Position numbers and translations under genes: made by a program. The notes under the pieces were generated by a model, which saw only the letters and a list, made by a program, of their open reading frames with translations, was not told the origin of the DNA and did no database searches. 64,000 nt of DNA from an uncultured Bacteroidota bacterium (GTDB lineage Bacteria; Bacteroidota; Bacteroidia; Flavobacteriales; Flavobacteriaceae), in contig CACKBA010000002.1 in NCBI GenBank assembly GCA_902598295.1, positions 8,217 to 72,216 of the forward strand, read 5' to 3'. Positions 9,983 through 20,444 of this stretch are shown here, piece after piece. Every line of letters starts with the position of its first letter. The first letter of the stretch is position 1.

Positions 9983-11335
9983 ATGTCACTAAAAGAAAAA
10001 CTTGTTTCTTCATTTTTAGCATTTGAACTTGATACAGACATAATGTCAAAAGTTCATAAGATAAGGTCAGAATCAATTAAAGAATTTGAAAAAATTGGAT
10101 TTCCAAATACAAAAGATGAATATTGGAAATATACTCCAATCAAAAAAGTCTTAAACGAAAAATTAACTTTATTTAACAAGAAAAGACACCTCATTGAATT
10201 CAATAGGGTAAAAGACTTCTTTTTAAATGGAATTGAATCATATAAACTTGTTTTTATAGACGGAATGTTCGATCCTCTTTGGTCAGACACAACACACGAA
10301 GAAGCTGATGTATGTATTTTATCTTCTGTTCTAGAAAAAGAAAAATATAATGACGTTATTTTTAAATACTACAATAAATTAGTTAATAATAAAGAGTCAT
10401 TTAGTCTTTTAAATAGTTCATTTTCAAAAGAAGGTGCATATATTCATGTCCCAAAAAATGTAGTTCTTGACAAACCTGTTGAAATTGTTCACATAAATAC
10501 AGGTGGTGAATCATCATTAATGCTTCAGCCAAGAAGTTTAATAGTTCTTGAGAAGAATTCAAAAGCCCAAATAATAGAGAGTCACTATTCTCTCACAAGT
10601 AAATCAGAATCATCCCTAAATAAAGCAGATGACTTTATTGGTCCCTTAACAAATTCTTTAACTGAAATTCATATTAATGAAAATTCAAACTTAGATTATT
10701 ACAAAGTCCAAAATGATGTTGAAACTTCATCGATTATTGATAACACTTATATTGATCAAAAAAGTAATAGTGGGGTGAGTTGTCATACATTTTCTTTTGG
10801 GGGTAGTATTGTTCGTAATAATTTAAATTTCTATCAAGATGGTAATAATATCAATTCCATTCTGAAGGGTGTTACAATTCTTGGGGCTAATCAACATACA
10901 GATCACCATACATTAGTTCATCATGCAAACCCAAATTGTGAAAGCTATCAAGAATATAAAGGAATTTATGATGATAAATCAACAGGAGTATTTAATGGTC
11001 GAGTGGTAGTAGATAAAATTGCACAAAAAATTAATGCTTTTCAACAAAATAACAATCTTATTATTGGTGATAACGCTACAGTAAATACTAAACCTCAACT
11101 AGAAATATTTGCTGATGATGTGAAATGCTCACACGGTTGTACAATAGGACAACTAGATAAGGAGGCTCTATTTTATTTAAAAGCTAGGGGAATTAATGAA
11201 AATGATGCAAAAGGACTTCTCACATATGCATTTGCAAATAATGTTTTGGAAAATGTGAAGATGCAAGTTTTAAAATCGAAAATAAAAAAGATTATCGCTG
11301 ATAAGATTGGTGTTAATCTTGGTTTTGAGTTATGA
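9983..11335 (+). CDS. sufD: Fe-S cluster assembly protein SufD
   Basis: SufB/D beta-helix family (..PQLEIFADDVKCSHG.TIGQLD..EALFYLKARGI..). ATG at 9983 preferred over the TTG at 9965 that overlaps sufC. Confidence 0.9.
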   Translation: MSLKEKLVSSFLAFELDTDIMSKVHKIRSESIKEFEKIGFPNTKDEYWKYTPIKKVLNEKLTLFNKKRHLIEFNRVKDFFLNGIESYKLVFIDGMFDPLWSDTTHEEADVCILSSVLEKEKYNDVIFKYYNKLVNNKESFSLLNSSFSKEGAYIHVPKNVVLDKPVEIVHINTGGESSLMLQPRSLIVLEKNSKAQIIESHYSLTSKSESSLNKADDFIGPLTNSLTEIHINENSNLDYYKVQNDVETSSIIDNTYIDQKSNSGVSCHTFSFGGSIVRNNLNFYQDGNNINSILKGVTILGANQHTDHHTLVHHANPNCESYQEYKGIYDDKSTGVFNGRVVVDKIAQKINAFQQNNNLIIGDNATVNTKPQLEIFADDVKCSHGCTIGQLDKEALFYLKARGINENDAKGLLTYAFANNVLENVKMQVLKSKIKKIIADKIGVNLGFEL

Positions 11336-12555
11336 ATCTAAGTTTTGACGTTGAAAAAATTAGACAAGATTTTCCAATCTTGTTAAAGAAAATTAACAAT
11401 AAACCCTTGGTTTATTTTGATAATGCTGCTACATCTCAAACTCCAATTTGTGTGATTGATTGCATCAAGGATTATTATGAGCAATATAACTCCAATATTC
11501 ATAGAGGTGTACATTCATTAAGTGATGAGGCCACTAGTGCTTATGAAAATGCAAGGAATAAGGTAAAAAATCATTTCAATATAAAGCATAGCGAGGAAGT
11601 AATTTTTACATCAGGCACAACTCACTCAATAAATATAGTGTCAAATGGGTTTAGTAAAATATTAACAAAAGATGATGAGATTATTGTCTCAGGACTTGAA
11701 CATCATTCCAACATTGTCCCATGGCAAATGATGATTGAAGATAATGGAGCAAAATTAAAAGTTATTCCACTATTGGAAAACGGAGAATTAGATATGGATG
11801 AGTTTGCTAACATCCTTTCACCCAAAACAAAAATTGTTTTCTTAAACCACGTTTCTAATGCTTTGGGGCTAATTAATCCTATTGACAAAATAATAAATAT
11901 GTCTCATCAGAAAGGAGCATTTGTTTTAATTGATGGTGCCCAAAGTGCTGCTCATTTCAAAATAGATTTACAAAAACTAAATGTTGATTTTTTTACAGCT
12001 TCAGCTCACAAACTTTGTGGACCAACTGGTGTCGGTTTTCTGTATGGCAAAAAAGAGTTATTGCTTAGTATGGAGCCGCTAATGGGTGGAGGGGAAATGA
12101 TTTCAGATGTAACGTTTTCAAAAACCACTTATGCAAATCTACCTCACAAATTTGAAGCAGGAACACCAAATATTTCCGGTGTTATCGCTTTTGGTAGAGC
12201 GTTGGATTATTTGAATGAAATAGGATTAGAAAAAATAGAAAATTATGAAAATGATTTACTTGATTATGCAAATTCTAAACTTAAACAAATAGAAGGTTTG
12301 AAAATTTATGGTGATTCCAAAAATAAAACTTCTGTGATATCATTTAATATTGAAGGTATTCACTCGTATGACATTGGAGCTCTATTGGATAAGTTCGGTA
12401 TTGCTGTTAGAACAGGGCAGCATTGTGCTCAACCTATAATGGATCATTTTGATGTAGATGGCACAGTAAGGGTGTCTTTTTCGTTTATTAATACATTTCA
12501 AGAAATAGACGAACTCTTCGAGGCATTAAAGAAAGTAAAATCTATGTTAAGTTAA
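11332..12555 (+). CDS. sufS: cysteine desulfurase (group II, SufS)
   Basis: PLP enzyme motifs: ..NIHRGVH.LS.., SAHKLCGPTG (PLP lysine), RTGQHCAQP (active-site Cys loop). Confidence 0.9.
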   Translation: MNLSFDVEKIRQDFPILLKKINNKPLVYFDNAATSQTPICVIDCIKDYYEQYNSNIHRGVHSLSDEATSAYENARNKVKNHFNIKHSEEVIFTSGTTHSINIVSNGFSKILTKDDEIIVSGLEHHSNIVPWQMMIEDNGAKLKVIPLLENGELDMDEFANILSPKTKIVFLNHVSNALGLINPIDKIINMSHQKGAFVLIDGAQSAAHFKIDLQKLNVDFFTASAHKLCGPTGVGFLYGKKELLLSMEPLMGGGEMISDVTFSKTTYANLPHKFEAGTPNISGVIAFGRALDYLNEIGLEKIENYENDLLDYANSKLKQIEGLKIYGDSKNKTSVISFNIEGIHSYDIGALLDKFGIAVRTGQHCAQPIMDHFDVDGTVRVSFSFINTFQEIDELFEALKKVKSMLS

Positions 12556-12571
12556 TTTTTAACTTTATACT

Positions 12572-12988
12572 ATGACCATTGAAAATGCCCAGAAAGATAT
12601 AATTGATAATTTTTTATTTTTTGATGATTGGACACAAAAGTATGAGTACATCATTGAATTGTCTAAGGATTTAAAATTTATGAGTGAGAACCTAAAAAAT
12701 GAAGATAATTTAATAAAAGGGTGTCAGAGCAAAGTGTGGTTACATGCTGAAATGATTAATGGAAAAATCAACTTTTTGGCCGATAGCGAGGCAATAATAA
12801 CAAAAGGGATAATCTCAATTCTATTGAATGTTTTTAATAATAGAAAGCCTCAGGAAATACTTGATTCAGATATGAGTTTTATTGAAAAAATAGGATTGAA
12901 AGAACACCTATCACCAAATAGAGCAAATGGTTTGTCTTCAATGTATAAACAAATAAAATTTTATGCCCTTGCCTTTAGTAAATCCTGA
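12572..12988 (+). CDS. sufE: SufE-like sulfur acceptor
   Basis: 138 aa with ..IKGCQSKVW.. (conserved Cys). Directly follows sufS. Confidence 0.85.
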   Translation: MTIENAQKDIIDNFLFFDDWTQKYEYIIELSKDLKFMSENLKNEDNLIKGCQSKVWLHAEMINGKINFLADSEAIITKGIISILLNVFNNRKPQEILDSDMSFIEKIGLKEHLSPNRANGLSSMYKQIKFYALAFSKS

Positions 12989-12991
12989 ATT

Positions 12992-13315
12992 ATGACTGAA
13001 ATAATTGACCCAAAAAAACTAGGTGACCAGGTTGTAAAAGTTTTAAAAACTGTTTATGATCCTGAAATACCAGTTGATATATATGAACTTGGACTAATTT
13101 ATGATGTGTTTCTAAATGAGAGTAATGATGTTAAGGTTTTAATGACATTAACAACTCCCAATTGCCCGGTTGCAGACTCACTCCCCGAAGAAGTTAAAAA
13201 TAAGATTAAAGAAATTCCTCAAGTAAATGAAGTTGAGATTGAAATGACCTTTGATCCACCATGGTCTAAAGACCTAATGAGTGAGGAAGCAAAGCTAGAA
13301 CTTGGTTTTTTATAA
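12992..13315 (+). CDS. sufT: DUF59/MIP18-family Fe-S assembly protein (SufT-like)
   Basis: ..VYDPEIPVDIYELGLIY..LTTPNCPVA.. is the DUF59 signature. Confidence 0.8.
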   Translation: MTEIIDPKKLGDQVVKVLKTVYDPEIPVDIYELGLIYDVFLNESNDVKVLMTLTTPNCPVADSLPEEVKNKIKEIPQVNEVEIEMTFDPPWSKDLMSEEAKLELGFL

Positions 13316-13822
13316 ATGACATACGAAATAAAAAATAGAGTTTCTGAGAGTAAACTTATAACCATTGACTTCAATGATTTTATAGTCGATTTTTCATTTG
13401 AAAACTTCGATGTTAAACCATGGTTAAAGGATGGACTGGTTCTAATTGAGAAAGATTTTAGAGAAAAAGTAAAAGGATTTGACTGGACTAACCTCAAAGG
13501 CAAAAAAATTTCAATTATCTGTACAAATTCAGCCATTATTCCTGACTGGGCATTTATGCTAGTAAGTTCTGAATTGACCAAGGCGGGTGTGAATAACTTT
13601 ATTGGTGATGAACAATCACATAAAGAATATTTAATAAATGAACATATTTCAAATTTTGATTTAGATTCAGTTTCTAATAAACCCGTTATAATTAAAGGAT
13701 GTGCTGATGAGAAATTTAATAAATTTATTTATTCCCAATTAATTCAAAAAATTCAAGGGGTTGTTTCTAGTATAATGTATGGTGAAGCTTGCTCATCTGT
13801 TCCAATATTTAAAAAAAAATGA
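13316..13822 (+). CDS. DUF2480-like protein, apparently co-transcribed with suf
   Basis: Starts 1 nt after the sufT stop. I recall this family as commonly trailing Bacteroidota suf operons; no motif-level proof. Confidence 0.55.
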   Translation: MTYEIKNRVSESKLITIDFNDFIVDFSFENFDVKPWLKDGLVLIEKDFREKVKGFDWTNLKGKKISIICTNSAIIPDWAFMLVSSELTKAGVNNFIGDEQSHKEYLINEHISNFDLDSVSNKPVIIKGCADEKFNKFIYSQLIQKIQGVVSSIMYGEACSSVPIFKKK

Positions 13823-14712
13823 GGTTTATTAGTTTTTCGTTACTAATTGGCTTAACACTTAACTCCTATTCCCAAGAAAAAATAAATGACTCGATAAATA
13901 CGAATTGGGAAAAATCAGGAAAATTTACATTTCTAGGCAACCAATCCAGTTACAGTTATTGGACAGCAGGTGGACAGACTAGTGTTTCAGGAACTATAAA
14001 AATTAATTATGATTTAAATTATGAGAACAACGGCTGGAATTGGGATACAAAGATTATAACTGCATATGGACTAAACAGTAACGGGGGAAGCAAGTTTTTA
14101 AAAAAGACGGATGATAAATTAGAAATTAACTCATTAGTTGGTAAAAAATTTTCATCGTCTAACATTGGTGACTTAAGTTATTCCAGCTTCATAAATTTTA
14201 AAACACAATGGACAAAAGGATATAGGTTTAGGACGGTCTCAAGTGGAGAAGAGGAAAGAATTGAAAGGACTAGATTTTTATCACCGGGTTATTTCCAAAT
14301 TGGAGTTGGATTGTATTGGGAAAAAAATAAAAATTTTTGGGTTAACTTTGCGCCAATAACGGGCAGGTTAATTGTGGTAAATAAATTTTTTACCGAAAAA
14401 TTAAATGAAAATCAAGAATATTTTGGTGTAAAAAAGGGGTCAACTAGCAGGTTTGAACTTGGGTCGTCAATTCGGTCTTATTATAAGTTTGAATTTCTTG
14501 AAAATGTATTTATTACAAACCGGATAAGTTTGTATTCAGACTATCTTGAAAATCCAGAAAACATTGACCTAGACTACACAATTAACACCTCGCTCAAGGT
14601 AAATAAATATTTGACCACAGATTTAATACTACAATTTATTTATGATAATAATGCGGTGAAAAGACTTCAAGTCAGACAGGTAATGGGCATTGGTTTGAGC
14701 TTGAATTTTTAG
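13819..14712 (+). CDS. DUF3078-like outer-membrane beta-barrel protein
   Basis: Signal peptide, alternating beta-strand pattern and C-terminal ..GIGLSLNF (terminal Phe). Has an ATGA overlap with the preceding ORF. Confidence 0.55.
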   Translation: MRFISFSLLIGLTLNSYSQEKINDSINTNWEKSGKFTFLGNQSSYSYWTAGGQTSVSGTIKINYDLNYENNGWNWDTKIITAYGLNSNGGSKFLKKTDDKLEINSLVGKKFSSSNIGDLSYSSFINFKTQWTKGYRFRTVSSGEEERIERTRFLSPGYFQIGVGLYWEKNKNFWVNFAPITGRLIVVNKFFTEKLNENQEYFGVKKGSTSRFELGSSIRSYYKFEFLENVFITNRISLYSDYLENPENIDLDYTINTSLKVNKYLTTDLILQFIYDNNAVKRLQVRQVMGIGLSLNF

Positions 14713-15839
14713 CTCTTAATTTTTGGATATAGGTAATTGTTATATGGAAATCTTTTTTCATGAATTTTACTAATTTTTTCATATAAAGTATTTTTTAAAA
14801 AATCAAAATTTAATTTTTCTATAGCAGAAATATAAATCTTGGTTTTCCTATTTTTCAAGGACATATTTTTTAATTTATCCACTTTATTAAAAACAATAAT
14901 GGTTTCTTTATCTCCACAATTGATTTCATTTAAAATTATATTGACTGAATCGATATGTTGTTGATAATTCGGGTGTGACATATCAACAATGTGTAATAAT
15001 ATATCTGATTCTTCAATTTCAGATAATGTGCTTTTAAAAGACTCTATGAGTTGTGTAGGAAGTTTTCTTATAAAACCAACAGTGTCTGAAAGTAAAAAAG
15101 GTAAATTTTCAATAACAACCTTCCTCACTGTTGTATCTAATGTTGCAAAAAGCTTATCCTCAGCAAAAACCTTTGATTTAGAAATTTGATTCATTATTGT
15201 TGATTTACCAACATTAGTGTAACCTACTAATGCTACCCTAACTAGTTTTCCTCTGTTACCTCTTTGCACAGACATCTGCTTATCTATAGTCGATAGCTTT
15301 TTCTTTAATAATGATACCTTATCACGTACAATCCTTCTATCTGTTTCAATTTCTGTTTCACCAGGACCCCTCATTCCTATACCACCTTTTTGTCTTTCTA
15401 AGTGTGTCCACAACCCTTTTAATCGTGGCATTAGGTATTCGTATTGAGCCAATTGTACTTGAGTTTTGGCATAACTAGTTTTAGCTCTTTGGGCAAAAAT
15501 ATCAAGAATTAATCCTGTCCTATCTATTATTTTACAGCGAAGAATTTTCTCTAGATTTAATTGCTGACTAGGCGATAACTCATCGTCAAATATTGCCGAA
15601 CTAATATCATTGTTTTTTATAAAACGCTGAATTTCTTGAATTTTCCCAGATCCAATAAAAGTTTTTGGATTTGGTTTTTCTAATTTTTGAATGAATCTTC
15701 TTAAAACTTTTCCGCCAGCTGTTTCTGCAAGAAAGCACAACTCATTTAAAAATTCATTTACAATAGTTTCAGAGCCATTATTAATAATGGCACCAACAAC
15801 AATTGAATTTTCATAAAAAATTTTCTTATTCTCTATCAA
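14709..15839 (-). CDS. hflX: GTPase HflX
   Basis: G1 motif GYTNVGKST, G3 motif DTVGF, and an HflX N-terminal domain. Confidence 0.9.
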   Translation of the reverse strand: MIENKKIFYENSIVVGAIINNGSETIVNEFLNELCFLAETAGGKVLRRFIQKLEKPNPKTFIGSGKIQEIQRFIKNNDISSAIFDDELSPSQQLNLEKILRCKIIDRTGLILDIFAQRAKTSYAKTQVQLAQYEYLMPRLKGLWTHLERQKGGIGMRGPGETEIETDRRIVRDKVSLLKKKLSTIDKQMSVQRGNRGKLVRVALVGYTNVGKSTIMNQISKSKVFAEDKLFATLDTTVRKVVIENLPFLLSDTVGFIRKLPTQLIESFKSTLSEIEESDILLHIVDMSHPNYQQHIDSVNIILNEINCGDKETIIVFNKVDKLKNMSLKNRKTKIYISAIEKLNFDFLKNTLYEKISKIHEKRFPYNNYLYPKIKS

Positions 15840-16606
15840 ATTTCAGGGTTGAAATACTTTAAACTTAGTTCAGATTCAGTAAAGTCTAAATAAGAATAAT
15901 GATTAAACCAATCACCACAATTATAGTATTGTGAATTATTTCCAAGATTTATTTTTAAGGGTAGGTGACGATGACCAAATACAAAATAATTAAAATGATC
16001 CGTCTTTAATATTTTTTTACAATAATTAAAAAGCAATTCTTTTTCATTGCTTTCAAATTTTATTTCCTTTCCTGAAATTACACTGTTTTTTCTAGATAAG
16101 TATTCTCCAACTCTAATTGATATATCAGGATGAATACATGAAAAGAGAAATTTGAAAAACGAGTTTCTAAAAATTAATTTTAGGAATTTATATCCATAAT
16201 CTCCTGACCCCAAACCATCACCATGACCGATAAAAAATTTTTTAGAATTTATTTTAAATTTTTTGGGCTCAAAAAAAATGTCAATACCAAGCTCTTTTTT
16301 AAAATAATTTCTCATCCAAGCATCATGATTGCCAACAAAGAAATAAATTTTAATACCGGAGTCTGTTAACTCTGCCAACTTTCCAAACAGTCTAGTATAA
16401 CCCTTTGGAACTACTTTTTTAAACTCAAACCAAAAGTCAAATAAATCACCAAGCAAGAATATTACTTGAGCATCATTTTTTATAGAATCTAACCATTTGA
16501 TAAATATTTTTTCTCTTTTTTTCGATTTTACTTTTCCAGCTAATCCAAGGTGGTTGTCAGACGAAAAATAGATTTTTTTATTTTCTTGTAAATTAATTAT
16601 CTCCAT
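15836..16606 (-). CDS. lpxH: UDP-2,3-diacylglucosamine diphosphatase-like metallophosphoesterase
   Basis: Calcineurin-like motifs in LpxH order: SDNHLG, GDLFDFW, GNHDAW, GHGD, GHRH. Confidence 0.7.
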   Translation of the reverse strand: MEIINLQENKKIYFSSDNHLGLAGKVKSKKREKIFIKWLDSIKNDAQVIFLLGDLFDFWFEFKKVVPKGYTRLFGKLAELTDSGIKIYFFVGNHDAWMRNYFKKELGIDIFFEPKKFKINSKKFFIGHGDGLGSGDYGYKFLKLIFRNSFFKFLFSCIHPDISIRVGEYLSRKNSVISGKEIKFESNEKELLFNYCKKILKTDHFNYFVFGHRHLPLKINLGNNSQYYNCGDWFNHYSYLDFTESELSLKYFNPEI

Positions 16607-16633
16607 TTATAAAGTACAAAAATAAACAATCCG

Positions 16634-17140
16634 CTATAACAACTTTTCATAACAGTTAAATGGCATGTCACTTTGATCTCTAAAATAAATTTTACCTAAT
16701 TTTTTATATCCAAGATTTGAATACAAATAATTATTTTTTTTATTTAAACTAAATGTGTCAAGCCTTACAGAAAGGCAACCGTTTTCTTTTGCATAATTTT
16801 CAATATAAGCCATGAAATATTTTGCCAAACCTTGTCCTTGGTAATCTGGGTGGATTGCAAATCTGTGAAGATAAATATTTTTTTTTGATGAGGTTTCCCA
16901 AACAATTTGTTTGTAAAACTCATCCATATCAAAAGAAGCACAGATACAACCTATAATTTTATTTTCAAGTTTTAGTACAAATAGATTATTGTTATTTATA
17001 TCATCAACAAATGATTGTTTTGTTGGATATTTATCGTTCCACTGAAAAATACCATTATCAATCATATGTTTTGTACAAGCCTTAATAATTTTCATTATTA
17101 AGTCAATTTCATCAATTGAAGCAAGTTCAATGTCTTTCAT
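16634..17140 (-). CDS. GNAT family N-acetyltransferase
   Basis: Acetyl-CoA binding motif ..HPDYQGQGLAKYFM... Confidence 0.8.
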   Translation of the reverse strand: MKDIELASIDEIDLIMKIIKACTKHMIDNGIFQWNDKYPTKQSFVDDINNNNLFVLKLENKIIGCICASFDMDEFYKQIVWETSSKKNIYLHRFAIHPDYQGQGLAKYFMAYIENYAKENGCLSVRLDTFSLNKKNNYLYSNLGYKKLGKIYFRDQSDMPFNCYEKLL

Positions 17141-17153
17141 AATGTTAAGATAC

Positions 17154-18788
17154 TTATTTGATTGCGGAAATAATTGGATTGCCAGTTGATAGTGCGGAAA
17201 AACTAATTCCTAAAATTGTTGACAAGGTAGGGGCAATATCTCTTATGTAAATTCTCTGCGAAGAAAATCCAGTTTTAATGCCTTTACCATAGAAAATTAA
17301 AGGAACGTGGGTGTCGTAAGTCCTGCCTGTACCGTGATTGGAGGCACTAGAAGACTTTTTGTACCAAAGTGGCTTTAGGAAAAATGCTAAATCCCCCCTC
17401 AAATCAGGATGACTGTTATAATATATCATATTTATAGCATAATCCTCTGAGTATGAAACCGCCTCATCTAACTGAGTAAAATCATACACATCATAAACCC
17501 AAGGTTCTTTTTTTAGTTCATTTCTAATCAAATCTTTAATCTCTTTATATGAGTATACTGACTCAGCAATTCTTTCTTGATTTAAATACACATTGTAATT
17601 TGAAACATCTTTAATGTATTTTTTTAGTTCCTCATTGAAAATATTCGTAGAGTATAACTGATTAAATGGGACTTTATTTTCTGACAAATAAGATGGTACG
17701 TGAGTAATACCATGATCAGACGTTAAGTAGATAATATATTTTTTTTCACCAATTTTTTTATCTAAGTAGTCCAAGATTTCTTCAATATTTTTATCAAGTC
17801 TGATGTACATGTCCAATACTTCAACAGAATTAGTTCCAAACCTGTGTCCAACATGATCTGTAGATGAAAATCCAATATGAAGAAAATCTGTTATTTCATC
17901 TTTACCTAAATTTTCATGCTCAATGGCATCTAATGCAAAATCTTTTACGATATCATTGCCAAATGGTGAATACTTTATTACATCATAATCAATTTTACCG
18001 CTTTTAGTTTTTGATTTTCTTTCTAAATCATATGGAAATGTTGAGTTATTTTTACCCAAATATTTTATTTCATGTTGGTTTAAATCCGGACCGCTTTCAA
18101 CGTACAAATTAATATCATAATAGGTATCCCAGTTCGTGATATATTTTTTAATATTTTTTCTTTCATTAAATCGTTTAACCCATTCAGGAAGTTCGTTCAT
18201 ATAATATGAACTTGTAATAAACTTTCCTTCATTTTTTGCATTAAACCAGTAGGACATCTTTGAGGTATGTCCTCCAGATAATACAGCAGATCTATCTTTC
18301 AAAGCAACACTAAATGTTTTTGCTTTAAAGTTTGATGATATTCTATTCTCATCCGATATTGTGGTTGTTTGCAGGCTCCTAGGGGATTTTTTACCCTCAT
18401 CTGACAAAGTTCCAACTGACTTTTGTAAAAAATCATCAACACAATATATCTCCTTATTTAATGATGGATTAAACCATTCATTTCCAACAATTCCGTGATA
18501 ATTTGGAGTTGTTCCGGTAACTACGGTTGCATGTCCTGGTGCTGTAGATGTAACGGCATAACTATAATGTGCATTCTTAGCATTGAATCCTTGACTAACA
18601 AGTCTTTTAAACCCATTGTTCCCATATTTATTCCAAAATTTGGGAATATATTCATATTTCATCTGATCAACGACAATTCCAACTACTAATCTTGGATTTT
18701 CATTTACTTTTTTTTCTGACTGAGCTGAAATACAAAAAGATAAAAGGATAATAAATGTAAAATAAGTCTTCAAGTTTATTTTTTGCAT
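17154..18788 (-). CDS. alkaline phosphatase / nucleotide pyrophosphatase family protein (PafA-like)
   Basis: Signal peptide plus VVDQMKYEY, TSTAPGHATVVTG and TSDHG motifs of the type I phosphodiesterase/AP superfamily. Confidence 0.8.
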   Translation of the reverse strand: MQKINLKTYFTFIILLSFCISAQSEKKVNENPRLVVGIVVDQMKYEYIPKFWNKYGNNGFKRLVSQGFNAKNAHYSYAVTSTAPGHATVVTGTTPNYHGIVGNEWFNPSLNKEIYCVDDFLQKSVGTLSDEGKKSPRSLQTTTISDENRISSNFKAKTFSVALKDRSAVLSGGHTSKMSYWFNAKNEGKFITSSYYMNELPEWVKRFNERKNIKKYITNWDTYYDINLYVESGPDLNQHEIKYLGKNNSTFPYDLERKSKTKSGKIDYDVIKYSPFGNDIVKDFALDAIEHENLGKDEITDFLHIGFSSTDHVGHRFGTNSVEVLDMYIRLDKNIEEILDYLDKKIGEKKYIIYLTSDHGITHVPSYLSENKVPFNQLYSTNIFNEELKKYIKDVSNYNVYLNQERIAESVYSYKEIKDLIRNELKKEPWVYDVYDFTQLDEAVSYSEDYAINMIYYNSHPDLRGDLAFFLKPLWYKKSSSASNHGTGRTYDTHVPLIFYGKGIKTGFSSQRIYIRDIAPTLSTILGISFSALSTGNPIISAIK

Positions 18789-18844
18789 ATATAGGAAAAA
18801 TATGCAATAAATGATGGTTTTTTGCTTTATAAAAACATTAAGAT

Positions 18845-19603
18845 TTAGTCTCTAGAATTAATTTTCGCTAAAAGTCTAAGTATCTCTAAATACAACCACA
18901 CTAATGTTACCATCAATCCAAAGGCCGCATACCACTCCATGTACTTGGGGGCTCCATTCTCAGAAGCTTCCTCGATGAAATCAAAATCTAAAACCAAATT
19001 TAGACTTGCAATTAAAACAACAATTAAAGAAAATATGATACTGAACATTGATCCGTTGGCTGGATTCAAAAGAGATAAATCCACTCCAAAAAAACTTCCT
19101 ATGAAAGAGACTAAGTATATTAAAAATATTCCACCTGTTGCAGCAACAATACCAAGCTTAAAATTTTCGGAAGGTTTAATCAAACCAGATTTATAAGCCA
19201 TTAACAATGATAGCAATATTAATGCTGTAAGACTAACTGCATTTAATACAATACCCTCGAATTGCTGAGCATAAGCATATGAAACACCTCCTAGTGCTAG
19301 ACCCTCAAAAATCGCATATAATGGGGCAGTAATTGGTGCTGCTTTTTTATTAAAAATTGTAATTAATGCTGTTATAAAACCTGCAAAGAAACCACCTATC
19401 ATCAATGTAGTTGATGTGATTGTATATGAATAGTAACCTGCAATCATTAACAATAACAATGAAATAGCAGTTTTATCAACAGTTCCTTTTATAGTCATTG
19501 TCTGATTTTCAACAAAGGAATTTGAGTTCTTTGCTTTAAGGTTTTTAAATGTATTTTTGTTTAATGCAGGATTTCCTGATCTAAAAGATAAGTGTCTGGA
19601 CAT
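18845..19603 (-). CDS. Bax inhibitor-1/YccA family membrane protein
   Basis: About 7 TM segments after a soluble N-terminus. Overall resemblance to BI-1/YccA. Confidence 0.75.
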   Translation of the reverse strand: MSRHLSFRSGNPALNKNTFKNLKAKNSNSFVENQTMTIKGTVDKTAISLLLLMIAGYYSYTITSTTLMIGGFFAGFITALITIFNKKAAPITAPLYAIFEGLALGGVSYAYAQQFEGIVLNAVSLTALILLSLLMAYKSGLIKPSENFKLGIVAATGGIFLIYLVSFIGSFFGVDLSLLNPANGSMFSIIFSLIVVLIASLNLVLDFDFIEEASENGAPKYMEWYAAFGLMVTLVWLYLEILRLLAKINSRD

Positions 19604-19649
19604 TCTTTAAATTTTATTAGTTTTCTATTATGTTATAATTTTGTTAATA

Positions 19650-20444
19650 ATGAAAAACACTGTTTTTATTTTTTTTCTAATATCAATCAACAATTATGCC
19701 CAAAACTCAACTGAGATAAAAGAAACCTTTCCAGTATTTCCAGTATGCGAATTACTTCCAGAAAAATTTCATCAAGATTGCTTTAATGAAACAGTAGACG
19801 AACATATTCAAAACAACTTTGTTTATCCTAAACAAGCATGGGATAATGACCTTGAAGCAATGGTTAAAGTGAAGTTTGATATTGATATTAATGGAACTAT
19901 TAAAAATATAACCCCTAACTCAAGTGTAATTGGTGTAAGTTTTTTTGATCGTGAATCACTAAATCTTGCAAAAAAATTATTTAATGATTCTGCAAAAAAA
20001 GTTATTGAATCATTGCCCGATGCAATTCCAGCCAAAAAAGGAAATATTGCTATTAAAAAAACTTTTTTAGTTTCCATAAAATATCAAATTCCAAGAAAAT
20101 TAGGTTTTGATGATGTCGATAGTCCGCCAATATTTGAGTTATGCTCTGATGAAGAAAATAAAAAACTTTGCTTTATAAAATTCATAGAAGATCACATCTC
20201 AAAAAATTTCAAATACCCAAAACGCGCAATAAAAAAGGGTGAGGAAGGGAATGTATTTATACAGTTTGATATGACTTCGGACGGATTATATACAAACTTC
20301 ACCACCATTGGTGAGAATAGAATATTAGAAGACGAGGCTTACAGAATTATGATAAAGCTGCCCTCTTTTGAACCTGCAAAATACAGAGATAAATACGTAA
20401 CCACGACATATGGCACAACAATTTCATTTAAATTAAATCAATGA
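19650..20444 (+). CDS. secreted protein with two TonB C-terminal-like domains
   Basis: Signal peptide from the ATG at 19650. Two copies of the ..H(I).(K/N)NF.YP..A...(E/L)G.V.V.F.. pattern typical of TonB_C. Confidence 0.6.
   Translation: MKNTVFIFFLISINNYAQNSTEIKETFPVFPVCELLPEKFHQDCFNETVDEHIQNNFVYPKQAWDNDLEAMVKVKFDIDINGTIKNITPNSSVIGVSFFDRESLNLAKKLFNDSAKKVIESLPDAIPAKKGNIAIKKTFLVSIKYQIPRKLGFDDVDSPPIFELCSDEENKKLCFIKFIEDHISKNFKYPKRAIKKGEEGNVFIQFDMTSDGLYTNFTTIGENRILEDEAYRIMIKLPSFEPAKYRDKYVTTTYGTTISFKLNQ

Noticed and set aside
13219-13581. 120-aa minus-strand ORF spanning the sufT/DUF2480 junction
   Set aside because: It is antisense to two tightly coupled plus-strand genes, with Ser/Phe-rich composition typical of a shadow ORF.
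13811-13819. A9 homopolymer as a phase-variation switch
   Set aside because: It lies at the ATGA overlap of two ordinary genes and simply encodes the KKK C-terminus. There is no evidence of a contingency locus.
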